A DNA stretch of 64,000 bases, taken from the IMG/VR virus record IMGVR_UViG_3300033121_000823, positions 19,348-83,347 of that record; one strand, written 5' to 3'. Source of the DNA: a virus (lineage: Duplodnaviria; Heunggongvirae; Uroviricota; Caudoviricetes). The translations under genes were made by a program, and so were the position numbers. This document shows, piece after piece, positions 62,834-64,000 of this stretch. The notes under the pieces were generated by a model, which made no database searches, had not been told where the DNA came from, and saw nothing but the letters and a program-made list of their open reading frames with translations. Position 1 is the stretch's first letter; every line of letters starts with the position of its first letter.

Positions 62834-62905
62834 TGTCTCTACTAGGACTCGAACCTAGATTTTGGGATTTAGAGTCCCTCGTATTTCCAATTATACGATA
62901 GAGAC
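62834..62905 (-). tRNA. tRNA with anticodon CUA (putative amber suppressor, or sense-UAG decoder)
   Basis: Perfect acceptor GTCTCTA/TAGAGAC, D GTAT-AATTGGAA-ATAC, anticodon stem AGGGA/TCCCA with loop CTCTAAA (C32 U33 C34 U35 A36 A37 A38), T-arm CTAGG-TTCGAGT-CCTAG. Confidence 0.5.
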
Positions 62906-63001
62906 AGCCTTTCAGGATGTATTACCTACTATCTAAGTAAAACGACCATCCAAGCAAAATCATAAAACAAACTGCGCCAATTAACAAGCATATAGCTTCC
63001 A

Positions 63002-63358
63002 TTATGCACCCAACTTTCCAAGCGCTCTGAACAATGCAATCTTAGTTCCTTCCTTTCGCACGAAAGGCTTCTTCTTTGGGAAATTGTACTTTGCTGAAGT
63101 TGTTACACCATCAGGCGTTGTAACTTCAACATGAGTAAATCCACCATGCGGCAATACAACGTCCCCATACTTTTTACTATATGTGACTTGATAAGGTCGT
63201 AATGGAAACTCCAATTTTCCTTCCTTTAGCTTTTCCTCATACTCATAACGAGAAAAAAGCCAGTTCCAATTTTCATCACATACAATCGTATCTCGCACAT
63301 GAGTAACACGAACCTTGTAACCCTTCTGACGTAGCTTTTCAACAGTAACTTCACTCAT
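63002..63358 (-). CDS. hypothetical protein
   Basis: 118 aa ORF with RBS AGGAGG. Confidence 0.45.
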   Translation of the reverse strand: MSEVTVEKLRQKGYKVRVTHVRDTIVCDENWNWLFSRYEYEEKLKEGKLEFPLRPYQVTYSKKYGDVVLPHGGFTHVEVTTPDGVTTSAKYNFPKKKPFVRKEGTKIALFRALGKLGA

Positions 63359-63461
63359 AAAACCTCCTGGAATTCATAGTAATTGTTGGACTTTTCACGC
63401 TTTTTCAACTCAAGACGGCGAAGTCGTTCGAACTTGTCCGTCTTTTCACGCTTTTTCTTTT
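63359..63461 (-). CDS. small basic repeat protein (unlisted short ORF)
   Basis: MKQNKIFEERQRRNHQKKKREKTDKFERLRRLELKKREKSNNYYEFQEVL; the KKREK repeats explain the DNA direct repeat CTTTTCACGCTTTTTC x2. Confidence 0.3.
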
Positions 63462-63484
63462 GATGGTTTCGGCGTTGCCGCTCT

Positions 63485-63778
63485 TCAAAGATTTTGTTCT
63501 GTTTCATACTTTAGTTGCAATTTACGGAAATTGGATTCTGTCATACGAGACAATGTAAATGACGCCAGCATATACACTAAACTATCTACGCTATCAGCTT
63601 CATCTGCATTGATAATGTAGTAATAGTTTTTTGCAGTGATTGTAGCTTTCAGTGCTTGAAGCTTTGTTGAATCAATTTTATCGAGGATTTCTAACACCAT
63701 CTGTTCCATCTCATCGTTGTGATGGATATACTGTGATAGTAGCTCATCAATTTCCTTTTTGCTATACTGACTCGACAT
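63485..63778 (-). CDS. hypothetical protein
   Basis: 97 aa ORF. Confidence 0.4.
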   Translation of the reverse strand: MSSQYSKKEIDELLSQYIHHNDEMEQMVLEILDKIDSTKLQALKATITAKNYYYIINADEADSVDSLVYMLASFTLSRMTESNFRKLQLKYETEQNL

Positions 63779-63980
63779 ACTTAAAGTCCTCTCCCTTAAA
63801 GTTATGAATATCCGCGCCTAAATTCTTACCAACAGAAAGATGATAGGCTCTTTCACCTACAACTCCCATCATCTCTCCCGGCTCTTTCATTTCACCAATC
63901 GGTGTTTGAAGTTGGCGAAAAGCCTCGCCAATATCATCCAATGACGAAATTTCAACCGCTACATAAAGTACATACTTCAT
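63762..63980 (-). CDS. hypothetical protein
   Basis: 72 aa ORF. Confidence 0.35.
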   Translation of the reverse strand: MKYVLYVAVEISSLDDIGEAFRQLQTPIGEMKEPGEMMGVVGERAYHLSVGKNLGADIHNFKGEDFKYVESV

Positions 63981-64000
63981 TTGACTTTCCTAAATGCGAC

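Noticed and set aside
63386-63448. 16-bp direct repeat CTTTTCACGCTTTTTC x2 flanking an inverted repeat, initially considered an operator or CRISPR-like
   Set aside because: It lies inside a short basic ORF and reflects a repeated KKREK peptide motif. There is only one spacer-like unit and no array.

Overview
This 64 kb window looks like part of the early, non-structural region of a T4-like (Tevenvirinae-like) myovirus. It is AT-rich and almost every gene is on the minus strand. The call rests on the rIIA and rIIB homologs at 35474-37447 and 34394-35443, an Rnl1-type RNA ligase, Mob-like HNH homing endonucleases and a large tRNA cluster interrupted by free-standing HNH genes.

The points that most repay a second look:
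1. About 27 tRNA or tRNA-like genes at 8.4, 12.3, 15.7-16.1, 17.7-22.9, 46.7 and 62.8 kb, several of them atypical.
2. A tRNA gene whose anticodon loop is split by a ~280 nt group I intron. Core R/S elements are present and the intron contains a degraded HNH ORF.
3. An RNA-ligase gene fractured into N-extein/N-intein and C-intein/C-extein pieces, with a free-standing HNH homing endonuclease gene between the halves. This looks like a split-intein arrangement.
4. A tRNA with anticodon CUA at 62834-62905, a putative amber suppressor. At least two genes (1..275, PTH2-like; 60069..60348, small membrane protein) carry an in-frame TAG a few codons after a strong RBS-ATG start. The second ends in TAG TAG.
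5. A tRNA end-healing and repair toolkit: Pnk-like kinase, metallophosphoesterase, CCA-adding enzyme, Rnl1, 2H phosphoesterase, PTH2.
6. A NAD/ADP-ribose module: a NAMPT-family enzyme and a Prs-family enzyme side by side (NARP1-like), plus NADAR, a macro-like domain, a nucleoside hydrolase and two nucleoside 2-deoxyribosyltransferase-like proteins.
7. Several Planctomycete-type protein families (DUF1501 with a TAT signal, PSCyt1-like CxxCH proteins, a DUF1559-like prepilin) next to secreted proteins and a zinc metalloprotease. These hint at a PVC-superphylum host.
8. A PurA-family gene that could be PurZ, two sigma-70-family factors, a SpoT-like HD hydrolase next to a MazG-like ORF, and a 40-bp perfect direct repeat in two unrelated genes.

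No CRISPR array, rRNA or integrase was seen. Coordinates of RNA genes are hand-derived and approximate, within about 3 nt.
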